This document shows positions 1 to 14,966 of a stretch of DNA of 64,000 nt, piece by piece. The stretch comes from the human T2T-CHM13v2.0 reference genome, Homo sapiens, in NCBI RefSeq assembly GCF_009914755.1, contig NC_060926.1; one strand, written 5' to 3'. How positions within the stretch are numbered: the first letter of the stretch is position 1; each line of letters opens with the position of its first letter. The notes beneath the pieces were generated by a model that saw only the letters and a list, made by a program, of their open reading frames with translations, was not told the origin of the DNA and searched no databases. Position numbers and translations under genes: made by a program.

Positions 1-230
1 CCCACTGCAGCCATAAATTCCTGGGCTCAAGCAATCCTCCCACTTCAGCTTCTCAAGTAGCTAGGACTATAGGCGTGCACCTCCATACCCAGCTAATATT
101 TGAATTTTTTTGTAGAGACAGGGTTTCCATGTGTTGTCCAGACTTATCTTGAACACCTGACCTCAAGCAATCCTCCTGCCTCGGCCTCCTAAAGGGCTGA
201 GATCACAAGGGTGAGCCACTGAGCTCAGCC
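1..230 (-). mobile_element. AluJ-type element, cut by window edge
   Basis: Diverged antisense Alu (ctcaagcaatcctcc... gtgagccactgagctcagcc). Confidence 0.85.
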
Positions 231-2003
231 TTACACATTTTAAAGTGAAGTTTACAAGAATTATACTCGAATAGGCCAAATTCTCTTAAAAACTACAAAC
301 ACAAAAGGACTATTAAAATATCTTCAAAGTTTTATTATAATCTTCCTACAAGAGACACAAACTAGAGCTGGCCAATTCAAAAATTCACTCTTGGCAGGGG
401 ATCTTCATAAGAGAAAAGAAAAATGAGATATTCATTGTTAGACTTAATGTTTTTAGAAAAATTTAAAAATTAAAAACTCAATGAATGATTATTAGACTTC
501 ATGACTTGATGTAAGACATTAAGATTCTAAGGGTAAGGTTCTTCCTAAGACTGTCAACTGATACTGAGTCTTAACCCTGTTAAAATTCATCATAAATATG
601 CTCTAGTATTTTTTTTAACTTGGGAATGCTATTTTTTTCTGAGAAAAGTGAAAATTACAACACACAGAAGTTTCTGTCCAGGACCAGTTTTGTGACCTTT
701 TTTCTCTTTCAGTACCATACTTCTTTACCCAAAAACATTCATACCATAGTTTTGATTATTTTAAACTTTTGATACTGAATTTGGAAACTTCTGGGCTTAA
801 AAATTGCATGCCTAGGGAAGACGTGTAATGTGCTAAGTGATGAAGATTTGAGGCTGTCAGTGTTGGTGACTGTGGTGGAGCACTTTGGCCTCTATGCGTG
901 GAAGCTCAGACAAGGTCTCCATAACATCCACAGTTGGCTGACCATGAAACCCATATCACTGTATCATTGGATTCAAAGACCAAATATGAATCCTCAATGA
1001 ATTTTCCATTTGCTTAATACACATTGATGAACTCTTACATTTTTCTGTACTTGTGGGATTATACAACTTAAGTTTTGCAATAAAAAGTTTGGTAGGTTAA
1101 ATGATTTTATTTGGCTTGCAATGATAACTAATAAGGTCTTTCTACTAAAAGCAGGCAGAGTCTGAAATTTTCTGACATTAGTAGTAAGAAAGAGGAAGCA
1201 ACCATGTTAACTTACACAGGCTCAGGACACAGAAAAACTCTGTCATGTGCAAAAAATGTAAACTACAAGAGCAGGGCAGGGGCAAAGGCTGTCTTCTGGG
1301 TTAATCTATTTTAAAGATTTCACAAACTAGAAGCGAAGAGGGATTGAAAATAGAATTGACATCTCCTTTCCCATTGGGAATTTGTAGAATAAATTTGATA
1401 TCATTATGTTAATTGTGCAAACGTACATATTTTTTCTTTAGTGTAATTTTATTTCAAATTAATCCATTTGTCATATTAAGATTCCTTTTCCTACCAAAAA
1501 TTATCTTTAAAAAAAATCTAAACTGACAACTCCACATTGCATAACAGTGTCTGGAATCAGTGCAAAATATGCAAAGCCCCCTAACCCTCACTTTGGCAGA
1601 AGTGATGCCTCAGATGTAGGCTTAGGTATCACTTTTAGGGAGATGATCTGGCATTTGTTTGAAGGAGGATGTGCAGTGCTCCAGAGTACAGGCTTCAGTG
1701 ACAGGTAGTATGCTTCACCTTCCTGACTCTGTCGCTTTGTACTTGGACAAGTTATTCACCCTCATCTAGTCTCACTTTTTAAATCTGTAAAACAGGGGAA
1801 ATAATACCATTAAAGCAACATCCCAGATGTGATTGTGAGCACATGTCAAAGTTTTTTCAAGCTTCTTGGCCAGGGAAAAGCCTTAAAGAAGCCAAGATCA
1901 AAATTTCCTCTTGGTGGAGATATTTTGTAGGAGAATAGGAAGGAAAAAAAAGTTTGGTTAAAAATTATTAAGATAGTCTTAAGGCTAGTTTAAGGTTATT
2001 GTA

Positions 2004-2384
2004 TTTTAAAATATGATCTGCCTTAGGTTTTTATGGGATCCCCTTGCTCTTGTGTTGGGAATTAACTGAAGGGGTCAAGAACGGAAGCTGGAAGACCAGT
2101 TAGCTGAAAATTGTAGTTATTCTGGTGAGAGATGCTTGTGGCTCAGACTAGAGGAGCATCGGGGTGGGGTGATAAGTGGTGAGAGTCAGGACAGCTTCTG
2201 AAGGCCCAGCCAGCAGGAATTGCTCACATCTTGGATATAGGCTATGAGAGAAGGAGAGCATCTTCAAGTTTCGGGACCTAGATACTGGTAAGAAGGGTAT
2301 TGCCATCAACTGTGATAGCGAAAAACACAGGTGAAGCAGGTGGTGGGGGCAGGGTGAGGGAGGAGATCAGAAAGTCAGGTTTGG
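2004..2384. repeat. Dispersed copy of segment 3571-3950 (L2-derived)
   Basis: Colinear direct match of about 380 bp, roughly 85-90% identical by eye. Confidence 0.9.
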
Positions 2385-3003
2385 TTAAAGGTAACAAGGA
2401 TCAAGGTGAGCTGGATGGGTAAATTGAATTTTTCAGCAGACTTTTTATCTCATGAAAATCTATCAAAATTGTACAAAGATTTTATCAGGAATGCTAGATA
2501 TTCTCCTGCCTGCCCCCCCGCTCAAAAAAAAAAAAAGCTCTAAGTTGCATCATGCATAAGGGTTCTGCTTCTGATCCAATTAGAGGACAATTATCTTTCT
2601 AAGTACTTAAGCAATAAAGTTGTTAGGGCCCAAAAATACAGCTCAATGGACATAAGTAATCAAAAGGAATTGCATTACTGACTTGCATCCCTAAGTGGCC
2701 ACTAAAGAACGTCCAATTTATGGTCTCTATCTTACTTCTCCACTCAGAGAAACCTGAGTTTCTCTTCCCTCTCTCAATTGCTCCTTGCCTGTGGCTGCAC
2801 AGAAGAAGGCTCTTTTTCCACTGTTTTCTCACCTCTTAAAAAAAAAACACAAAAGTGAGGCTCCTTTGCCTGCCCTCTTTCCTACTGAGCTCTGATTGTG
2901 CTGCTCAAGAGCGTGCAGATAATAGTAAATGGGTGAAGGCCAGCAAGGCTGTGACAAACTGAAGAGGCTTAGCTAACAGAGGGCTGCAACCCAGAAATGC
3001 CTG

Positions 3004-4080
3004 TCATTCATTCACTCAATCTACAACAATTTATAGAGTGCCTACCTTGCTTCCTACTTTGGGTACGTCAGTGGACCAAACAGACAACAAGCAGCGCTCT
3101 TATGGAGCTAACGTTCATTTTCAGAGAAACAGACACTGAATCATAAACTGATGGATAAGCAGAGTATCTAGTGTGTCAGAAGATAATACACACTAAAGAC
3201 AAATAAAATGGCAGGAAAAGAGATTCCAGGGAAACAATGAGGAAGGTTTGCACATTAAATAACATGATGGTGGCAGGCCCCTTTGAGAAGGTGACACTTG
3301 AGCAGGAACATGAGCTGAGACATGGGGCATGTGGACATCTGGGGAAAAATGCTTTGGGTAGAGAGAATTCCAGTGCAAGAACCCTGACAAGGTAGCATTC
3401 TTGGTGTGCTTTAGGAACAACAAAGTCAACATGGTTGGAGCAGATGTAGAAAAGGGAAAAGTGTAGGGGTGAGTTGAGAGTGTTAAGGGGAGCAGATCAA
3501 TAAGAACTGGAAGATCATTTTAAGGATGTTGCTTTTACCCTAGATAAAATAGGGAGCCAGAGGAGACGCGTTTAAAATGATCTGCCTTAGGTTTTTATAG
3601 GGCCCCCCTTGCTCTTGTGTTGGGAATTAACTGAAGGGGTCAAGGATGGAAGCTGGGAGACCAGTTAGTTGATAATTGCAGTTATTCTGGTGAGTGATGC
3701 TTGCATCTCAGACTAGAGGAACATCAGGGGAGGGGTGATAAGTGGTGAGATTCGGGACAGCTTCTGAAGGCCCAGCCAGCAGGAATTGCTCACATCTTGG
3801 ATATAAGCTATGAGAGAAGGAGAGGACCTTCAAGTTTAAGAACCTGGGTACTAGTAAGGAGGGTGTTGACATCAACTGTGATAGTGAAGAACACAGGTAA
3901 AGCAGGTGGTGGGGGCAGGGTGAAGGAGGAGATTGGAAAGTTCGGTTTGGGTACACAAAGTTTGGAATATCTATTAGACACCCACGTGGAGCTGTCCAGC
4001 AGACAGCTGCGTAGAGGAGTCTGGAGTTCAGGAGCGAAGACTGAACTCAGATCTAAACGTTGAAGTCACTGGTGTGTAGC
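3004..4080 (-). mobile_element. L2 LINE remnant
   Basis: Starts with tcattcattcactca (reverse complement of the L2 3' tail) followed by typical L2 purine-rich sequence. Confidence 0.65.
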
Positions 4081-5751
4081 CGTGAGATTTGCTTTGACTT
4101 TGCTCAGTAATCTTATTTTTGCTTTAAAAGAAGCCAAAAATTCATATTTCTTCTGTGAAACTTTACAAATTAAAAACAAACTGCCAGACTGCATTTCCCT
4201 GAACTGTCTTGATTCCTACTGCTTTCATCACACTTTTCCCAGGCCTCATCCACTCCAGCTGGAAACTTCAGCCCGGCCCCAGTTAAAGCTAAGTTACAGA
4301 GAAATAACCACTCTGATCTTCCTGAAGGAAAGCTGTGGGGGTCCTTTTGTTCTTCTTAAGGCTGACCTAGAGAGAGCATGTTCTGCTGAAAGTGTGCTTG
4401 CCAGGATGAAATTGGACTCCAGTTTACATACTCAGAAATGTCTGTCTCTAGTCTACCTAGTGGCTCAATCTCACAACATCCTACAAAATCTTATCTCTGC
4501 TCTGAAGCAGTTTATTTGGCTTTCTCCATTGCTGTGCATTTGCCTTTAAAAAGAAATACTTTGTTTCTTCATATTTCCCATGAACAGCAAAACACAGTAC
4601 AAAACAACCACCTTGAGGCCCAAACCATGTACCTCTGTAGGATGGACTGTGAGCTTAGGTCCATGGACCACTCTAGATAAACCTTTTCACTTTATCTATT
4701 ACCTGGATTGTCAATAGCCCCACCTAGCAATGATCCTTCTCTTTTGGAAGAATTTTTTATTTGGATAAACATTATAAAGACTTTTAACCCTCTGACTTTT
4801 TTTTTCTCCTTTCATTCCTATCTCTTTTCTTTCTTTCAATCCTTTATCTCATTTCCCTTAAGACAATGCACATTCTGCTTTTATACAGAGGCTAACAGCT
4901 TCCAATGTGTCTGCCACACTATCTAAGTTTTTCCTGGGACACATCACCAGGGCTTTGGGGAGTAAGAGGAAAGCCATTGTGTCCATGCTGAAAGCTTTCT
5001 TTGTTAAACATTGTGCACCAAAGGAGGTCACATCCATCCAGATGCAGTTATAGATGCAATATCGTTAGGATTTTAGAAGACAGATGTTCAATGTGTTTAT
5101 CTCCTAGCAATTTGGATTAAGAGCCTTACACCTAAAAGAGTGAGTGCCCTCACGCTTAATTCACTCTTTCCACTTCCCAGTTCTATGATGGGTCTTTTTC
5201 TGGGTTAATGTCTTCGATGCTCAGTTTATGCCACGTAGACAGAGAAAGAAACAAAAGCCCAGTTAAAATGAGCTGATTAAAGAATGTGGAAATTATACTC
5301 ATGAAACTGCCCCTTTTAAATAAGAAAATTGGTGTCATGTGTCTTTTATCTCAAGCGTCTTCTTTACAGATGAGTTTTTCTAATCACAGTGTGCATTGAA
5401 CCAAAATGAACCAAGCTTGAAGGCAGCTCTACTAGTGCTCATTTATTATTATTTTTTCTTTCTCATTCTGGGAAAACTAGATTTTTCCTTGCTCAAGTAC
5501 TCTTTTACCCTTCCAGGAATGCATCATTGGCTTTTCTGAGTGACCATAGACAAATGAGTTTCTAGTAAGTTAATAAAGATGTAGTTTCTACATTTTTATG
5601 GTAAATTGAGTTTATCATTGTAAAACAAGGTCTGTGTGAGGCATATTAAATATGTGTTCTAAGTGCCCAGATATTTCTTAGAGCTTTCCCCTAAACCCTT
5701 CTCCCAACATGCCGAAGTAGATTTTGTAATCTTTTGTTTTAAAAACATTTA

Positions 5752-6132
<381 letters not shown>

Positions 6133-7825
6133 TTAAAATTCTGTTAGTTGAATGTAAGAGAATCCCAGCTCGGACTATCCTAATTGCATTGGGGATTTTT
6201 CTGGAAAAGGGTTAGGCTACTTCACAGCATCTAATATATATGAAAATAGCCAGCTCTTAGGAAGTTCACGGGTGCAATGAAGTCTCAAGGACAGCAGGGA
6301 CCGACCACACAGTGTTGGCATCCCCCTTTTTTGCTGCTTGCTGCATGTCAGCATATTTTTTGTTTATTCTGTCTCTCTTTCACTGCAGACAAATTTTCTT
6401 GTGTCTCAAAACTTGACCACTGAGAATGTCTGGGTTTTTTATTTTATAGTTTCAGCCACCAAAAAAAGTCAACCCTGAACTTTCTTGGGGCCCAAAACAA
6501 CAAAAAAAAAAACTACAGAATAAGCACCTATTGAGTGTGCTTTGCTCAGTTTTTCTTTCTTAAGGCAATTTCTTGTTTTGTTGGGGGAGGGCAGCAATAA
6601 TACTATCATTTGCTCATATGGAAATCTCTGTTTGTGTTTACGTGTGTGCTGTGGGGAGGGGATGGGCTGGGGCAAAAGGATCGTGTGGAAAGGTCATGGA
6701 AAAACTGGGCAGCTTCAGAAGAGAAAATTATGGCACAAGGTAAACTGCAGAAGAAGCAGTATTTCAGAAGCAGGGAGATGCTGGGATGTGAAAGGAAACA
6801 GCGTGTGGGGACAGGGGGCATTCAAAACAGTGCTAGCCCCCCAGGATCTCCTGAGGACATGCCTGGAGAAAGAAATCCTTACTGGGATGAGGACATCAAG
6901 GCTCTAAGTTTTTGGAACTTCCCTCCCAGCACAGGCATAGAGCAGGACAGGATCTCTGAGTTACCCAAGAGAAAAGCCTGTGGCCTCTGCTGTCCACCAA
7001 GACCAGGAGAGTGGGTGGGAATAAAAAGGAAAGGTAGAATTTGAACAGAGAGAGGACCACTTTTTTGTTTGTTTGTTTGTTTGGTTGTTTTGTGTGAATA
7101 CATCCCGTAACAAAACTATGGGTCCTTTATTTAAATCTTTCCTGTACTTTAGGCTATCGTTGAATACCATAAAGTTATCAACAAGCTTTTCCCAAACATA
7201 AGCCCTGTCAGCACAATTGTATATTTGCTGTGCTGAGCAGAAAATTTCTAATATGTCTGAACATATGCAGGAATATTAGTTTCTGGGATTTGAAACAATC
7301 ATTGCTGGAGGCTTTCCTACTTATATAGGGCAGTCAGAGTAAATCATCTTACTTTTGCTTGCCTCAGATTCTTAGTGGCTTCACAATGAACCCATTTGTT
7401 GTATTATATACCACTTCTGTAACTTCATTGCTTGCACCCTCTCTCTTTTTAAATTCGCGGAATTTATTTTCCTGTACTCTCTCAGGCCCTATAAAGATTG
7501 TTTTCAAAAATTATGGTATGTATCATTGTTTTTACTCTTAATTTCATTCACTGCATTTACTGAGCACCAACCAGGTTATCTCTTAATGGTGGCAGTATAA
7601 GAGGTGCAAAGAATAACCCAAAGGCACCATGTAGTAAAGGGGATTTGAACTCAGATACATGTCTCCCTAAAGTCTGTGATTTCTGTCTGGAAGAAAAAAA
7701 TGTTACCTCCACTCCCATTAGCCCAAGTCTAAAGATTTTTCCTTTCAACTATTTTTGAAGTTTATAAAGCCTGTGTTTTATTTTGTGGTGTTCATGCTTC
7801 GTATCTTAAACTTTTACTTAATCTA

Positions 7826-7895
7826 TTATAATCATGTTTGTCCTGTTATAATCATGTTTGTTATAATCATGTTTGTTCTGTTATAATCATGTTTG
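7826..7895. repeat. Short tandem array, 4 x TTATAATCATGTTTG
   Basis: Copies at 7826, 7846, 7861 and 7881, with tcctg / none / ttctg between them. Confidence 0.95.
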
Positions 7896-8597
7896 TCCAC
7901 ATCATTTGTTGGAGTTTTATGATAGTCCATTAATTTTATGTACTACAGATTTCCTAAGTAATTTTCTAATGTTGGACACTTATGTTGATTCACCATTATG
8001 AATGGCATCATTGTGAATAACACTAATTAGCATATATATTTTTCATATTTTGAACAATAGCCTTAAGACAGGGTCATCTCAGTGTGATTGCTGATTCTAA
8101 TTATATAAATATTTTATGGAGTTTTTAATGTGTGTGGTAAAAATATTTTTCAGAATAGCCATGTTATTTTGACCTTAAGTAGTGAAGCCTTTGTTTTAAG
8201 GATAGCATTTACACTTTTACAAATGATAAAATATCCTTGCATTTTAGATGAACAAATATCATCTTTTCTAATTTCGTGTTGTCTTTGTGCAGTTTAAAAT
8301 AGATACCTGGTCATTCCCCAAAAGAGAAGCATGAGGACAATGACCTCAATTATCTGCCTCTCCTTTAAAAATACAAAACCATTAAAAAATGTAAAATGAT
8401 TATACATTTTATTTTTTAGTAAGTGAAAAACCTTACAAATTCTGACCACTTCAAATTAACTTTAAGTCAACATGAATTTGCCTCAATATTAACATCCTTA
8501 ACTTAAGTACTTACATCAGCTTTGCGACTTTCATTGCGCAGTAATGCAAGGTGATTCTACCTTTTGTGCTAAAACTGTAATATTCATACTATTTTGA

Positions 8598-8855
<258 letters not shown>

Positions 8856-9869
8856 TAGATTGATCATTTGCCCCTGGTGGCTTGGACAAAACTCCAGGAA
8901 CACCATTGTTAACTTCAGGATGTATTTAGCATGGGGCAGGCATGTTTTATTCACTCATTCAGCATGTGTGTTTTAAGAGGTTATTATATACCAAACACTT
9001 TGTTGGGCTCAGAGGATGCATGGATACAAGCCATATTCTTGTGGAGTTTATGGTCTACCAGCAAGACAGGCAGGAAATGAGATCATGACAGTACAGTTGA
9101 ATAAGTTTAAGGTGGAAGCAAAGGAAGGTGCTGTAGGCACACAAGAGGGAGCTGTTAAGTCAATTGCATAGTCTTGATGAGTTGTTAGGTGGCTATAATA
9201 AACAAACTAACATCTCTGTGGTCTAAGTAACAAGGTCCATGCTATACCTGTGTCACATACCCATCATGCATGACAAAGGCCCTTCTTCCACCTTGTCCTT
9301 GTTCTTAGATGGTAACAAAATTCTATTATCTGGAAGATTGCTGTAGTAAGAGGAAACACAGGGAGGGAAGCACAGGGAAGCATGGGCTAGCTTTTCAAAG
9401 CTTCTACTTGGAAGTAGCAAACATTACTTCCACTCACATTCCACTGGCCAAATAAAGCCACGTGGGCACACCCAACCTCAATAGGGGCTGAAGTGCAATC
9501 TTGCCGTGGAATGGGAGAAAACAGAACCTGAATATTGGTGAAAAGTGCTAATGACTGCCTGTCAACCGCAGTGTTAGGGAGACTTCAAATAGAAGAACTG
9601 AGCTGATCTTGTTGTAGAAATATGGGAGGAAACAAAAACAAGAAAGAAACAAAAAGGATACTCAGAAGCAAAGAAACAAATGGAGACATAAAGCACAGGG
9701 GTCCTCTGCTCTGTGGAAAATTGGAATTTTCAAATAGCTTCAGATGGCTGGAGGGTGCTGAAGGTGAGGAGGAGTGATAAGAGGGGAGACAGAGATAGGC
9801 TAGGGTGTACACAGGATAAGGAGTGAGGGATAGAAAACAAATAAAGAATATGAGCCTTGATTTTTTATT

Positions 9870-10180
9870 TGTTTATTTATTTATTTATTTATTTTTTGAG
9901 AGAGAGAGTTTTGCTCTTGTTGCCCAGGCTGGAGTCCAATGGCACGATCTTGGCTCACTGGAACCTCCGCCTCCTGGTTTCAAGTGATTCTCCTGCCTCA
10001 GCCTCCTGAATATCTGGGATTACAGGTGCACACCACCACACCGGGCTAAATTTTGTATTTTTGGTGGAGATGGGGTTTCACCGTGTTGGCCAGGCTGGCC
10101 TCGAACTCCTGACCTCGTGTTCCGCCTGCCTCAGCCTCCCAAAGCACTGGGATTACAGGCCTGAGCCACTGTGCCCAGCC
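9870..10180 (-). mobile_element. AluS (Sq/Sp-like)
   Basis: Antisense dimer with (TTTA)n tail and approximate TSD agcc(t/c)tgattttt. Confidence 0.9.
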
Positions 10181-10844
10181 CAGCCCTGATTTTTATAATT
10201 GTATAGTCTTATTGAGACCACGGGTAGGGGGAAACACATGAAAAAGTATAGAAAGTTTGCCAGTCAGAGAAATGTATGCCCAACTACGGACTATAAGTGT
10301 GATTGAGAAAGATAATTCTGAAATCACTGTCTGGAATTGCAGAGCATTTCATGAAAAATTAGAAATTTGAAATTGGCTTAGAAGGTAGAAGGGTAAGATA
10401 AACATTTTCTAGACGTAAGAGTGCAGCCAACGCCTGGAGCTCTTCTGAGGACTCCAGTGAGAACTATCGCTCAGGGACAGTTCTCTCCGGTTTTTCTTAA
10501 GTGCCTGCTGTTTTTGGGCTGGCACTTGGGGATGCAGAAAGAGCATGGTAGATGCCAATAGGGCTGGAACCCTGGGATTCCAGCCAAGGATAAGTAATGT
10601 TGATATTCTCATCTTTAAAGACCTCTCAGCCATTCCTTAGCCTCTTCCATTCCTTCAAAGCAGGATTCACTGATGATGTCCATAGGGAAGTCTGATCAAT
10701 TTAGAGAAGAACTAGTCCACTAGTCCACTGGTCATCAGGGAGTGATGTGGTTATTGCTGTTAGTTGCCTGCAGAAACAAAAAAAGTATTGTTTGGCTTTA
10801 TAAAAATATATCTCATTAAAACTTTTCTACTGATAAATTTAGAA

Positions 10845-11037
10845 ATCAAAGTAACTAGAAGAGTATCATTGGATTGTTCATACCACAAAGGATAAATGCT
10901 TGAGGGGATGAATACCCAATTTTCTATGAAGTGATTATTATGCATTGTATGCCGGTACCAAAATATCTCGTGTACCCCATAAACATATACACCTACTATG
11001 ACCCACAAAAATTAAAAATAAAAATACAATTAAAAAG
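10845..11037 (+). mobile_element. 5'-truncated old L1 (L1MA-like) 3' end
   Basis: L1 3'UTR motifs (gtaccccataaacatatacacctactatg), A-rich tail, TSD aaatttagaa at 10835 and 11038. Confidence 0.75.
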
Positions 11038-11086
11038 AAATTTAGAACAGTGAAAAGAACAATAGAATAACAGAGATTGAATTTAA

Positions 11087-11402
<316 letters not shown>

Positions 11403-13334
11403 TTTACCTAGTTCTTCTATGTGAATACGTATAAGATTTTATCAATTGAGGGATCCTTTTTTTTTTTTTTGCAGATCCTAGGAAGAAAAACTAATGAACT
11501 CTTGTGGGTCCATCTAAGGCTAAAATTATGTGTTTTTATCTAAGAGTCCCAGTAAACACCAATCTCTAGGTTTTAAGTCTGGTTCCAAAAATATTATCAC
11601 CAAATAGCCAAGAACACCATATACCTATAGAGAAATGTTGCAGGACCCCCATAAGGCTGTCCAGATTGTAACGTCAGTGCTGCTGTAAGAAGTCAGAGAC
11701 AACTGAAATGGCCATCAATTTAATAGCAAGACAAGGGAAACATGAAGATTTAAGTCAAAACAACCCGAATTTCAGCCAAATCACATTACAACATTCCCGT
11801 GACTGTTAAAGCTTATTCCGCTCACTTTCTCCAAAAGTAATTTAACAATTTTTTGAGGAGTTCATCTCTATGGATACTGTTCTCCTTTAATTTACTTCAT
11901 CCATCAGGCTAAAAATAGAAGATGTCGAGCTTTAAAAAAAAGTGTGAAGTTGAAAATCAATGGAGGTGAGGTGCTGATTTTTAAAGGAACACTGTCAAGC
12001 CTGATGAGCAGGAGACTCAACACACAAAAACCTTAAAAATATCATTTTTTAACACCTTCCTATTTCCTTTTCTGTGAAATTGCTCAATGCCTACACTGTA
12101 GGCTGCAACTTTGTGAAACTCTATCTTTGCTTCTGGGCACTCAGCCAGGACAAATCAAAATCCCTTGAATATTTGTGACATTTGGCAAGCACACCTTGGT
12201 TCCCTGTGCAATTCAAATATTTGTCCTCCCTCTAACTAATTTCCCCCTCCCCCAGTTGAATGAGGACCATTGTTTTTAGTCATTTTGCAAACCAAGTGAT
12301 TTCATCAGCAAGCTTGTGTCTCACTCTCAGCAAGCATGGGTCCCACTCACAGGCCAGGTGAGAGCTTCTGCAGTGCAGAAGATGGCACACAGGGCACCCT
12401 TTGGCAAAAACAAAAACAAATAGGCCTGAAATTCTGCACTTGTGGAAATGACAGAATCCTTGCTGTGTTTGAGGGATGTTTTACTGAAGGAATTGACCAC
12501 AGTCGAAACAAGAAATACAAACTCTTTGGATTAATAAATTATTTATAATAATTTCTTGAGTATTCTCTTAGTTTTGTCAAGCTCTTCGAAAACAGTCTTT
12601 TCCCCCTCATTGTTGGTGCTTTCTAGTAAATGTGAAGCAAGAGGACAGACTTAGGACAGATAGGATTAACTTTTTTTGTCCAGCCTTTGTGGATAAGAGA
12701 GGTCCTGGGTGAGGCGGGCACAATGGACTCTCTAAAAAATAACAGAATGGAAATTCCCAAAGCGTGTAGACACAGCATGCTGCTGTCGAAAGTAGAGATA
12801 TCTTCAGTCCGTCTTAATTTTCTTATCCTTACCTGATGATACTTAAGGGACTTGGATATGCTAATTTGGTCACTTTTCAAACATACATCATTCAAAACTA
12901 CCTTTTTAAGAAAAACATGATGAATGTGTGGGCAATTTCTGTCCAATCTGTGGCAGCTTTCCCATATGAAGAGGAAACCTACCTCATAAAGTGCCATTGG
13001 AGACTATTATATGATGTTTGTAAGTTGTTATGGTTAGAAAATTTCTCCCAAAGTGGTATCCTATTCTCCACAGGAGTAACCGAATAAAAACAGTGTTTGC
13101 ACTCCACCAGATCAATCCCTGGCAACCCAACCAATGTTCAATGCCTTCCGACTCCCAGAGACAGATACCATGGTTATTAGTGGAATATAACGTGCAAGTT
13201 CAGAAGCCTGTATAATCAAAACCAAGCTTCTAAGTACTCAGGGTATATTTTGGTCATGGTATGTCATATCTACTTTATTACAAATCCAAATTAAGATTAA
13301 AAGGAGCAGGTTTTTGATTGTGGGATATTAGGGC

Positions 13335-13340
13335 ATAGAT

Positions 13341-13384
<44 letters not shown>

Positions 13385-13398
13385 TAGATAGATAGATA
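13335..13398. repeat. (GATA)n tetranucleotide STR
   Basis: Direct reading. Confidence 0.97.
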
Positions 13399-14264
13399 CC
13401 ATTACAACATATCAATAAAGGGATATGCATAGTGTTATTATTTCCATTTTACAGATGAGAACATTGAGGCCCAGAAAGCTTATGTAAATTCCACAAGGTC
13501 TCATATCTAGTAAATGGTAGAAGTTGGGCTTTAAGCCAAGAGAATCTGCGTGTTGATGCCAGATGCTAAATCCTGCATCTTATTTCTTCCTTCAAACAAG
13601 CAAGGCATTTGCAAACCTCTGTATTACAAACTTGGTGATGGGACATTCATGACCTCCTTTATATTGCTTAAGACGCAGTAGAATAGTGTGAGATCATAAT
13701 TGAAAATACAGTTCTAGAAGACTGAGAGATGAGAAAGTTTTTGTGTTCTAGAATAATCATGAAAGCATTATGGAAGGAAGTAGAATGACTTGGAGGACAT
13801 CTAAAATTGAAGTAGACAAAAGGAAAAGGGAGGTCTGTCGAAAACAGACTGTCAAGGGCTAAGACATGATAGTAGACATACATGTGCTGTATTCTGGGAC
13901 AATGCAGAACTTGCCTGGCTCAAAAAAAGAAAACATGAATTGCACTAGTCATTCATTCCTGAAGGCCAAATGAGATTCCTATAAAGCACTTTCCCCTAGA
14001 GAATACTGAAGCACACTTACTATTATAACCAGAGCTTTTCACATGCTACTGCAACACCTCTAAATATTATTTTAATAACTCCAGATTATTTTAATAACAC
14101 CAAAATAAGTAGCCCAAGACGTTTTTGTTTCTATATTCAACCATCTTAATATTTTTCTTTGTCTTTCTTATTCTGGTGAGAGAGGCAGAGGATCTGTTTT
14201 GTTTCCAAATATTTATTATTGTAGCCAGCACTATGTTAAGCATCTTTGTATTTAAGTATTTTCT

Positions 14265-14602
<338 letters not shown>

Positions 14603-14875
14603 TTACTTAAACAAACCTCAGAAACTGCTTTATTGAGTAAAAAGTTCTGAATGGTTTTAAGAATCTTGATTCATATTTCCAACTTGTTTTCCTAAACTCT
14701 TATTACGGTTTACACTCTGATCACTACTTTCTGAGATCTTGTTTTACCTTCTCTGACATTATTGTTTACTACAACTTGTAAAACGTTTTTACGTGTATTT
14801 TTACTAACACAGTGGCATATTAAAATAGAGATTATTATTGACCCTCATTGTGAATTCCAGATTAAAAAAAGAGAT

Positions 14876-14966
14876 TTTTTTCAGATGACTTGTATTATAG
14901 GAATAAGATTGCTTCCACAATCTTTTTTCAGATGACTTGTATTATAGGAATAAGATTGCTTCCACA
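14876..14966. repeat. Perfect 44-bp tandem duplication with a 3-bp (atc) junction
   Basis: 14876-14919 is identical to 14923-14966. Confidence 0.95.

Noticed and set aside
4082-4549. 155-aa ORF
   Set aside because: GTG start and no recognisable homology. Compatible with chance.
6542-7044. 121-aa and 144-aa ORFs
   Set aside because: Non-ATG starts, no recognisable domain, and no supported splice or retrocopy structure.
7826-7895. CRISPR-like repeat-spacer array
   Set aside because: Repeats are 15 bp with 0-5-bp non-unique spacers, there are no cas genes, and the context is a primate intron. It is a simple tandem repeat.
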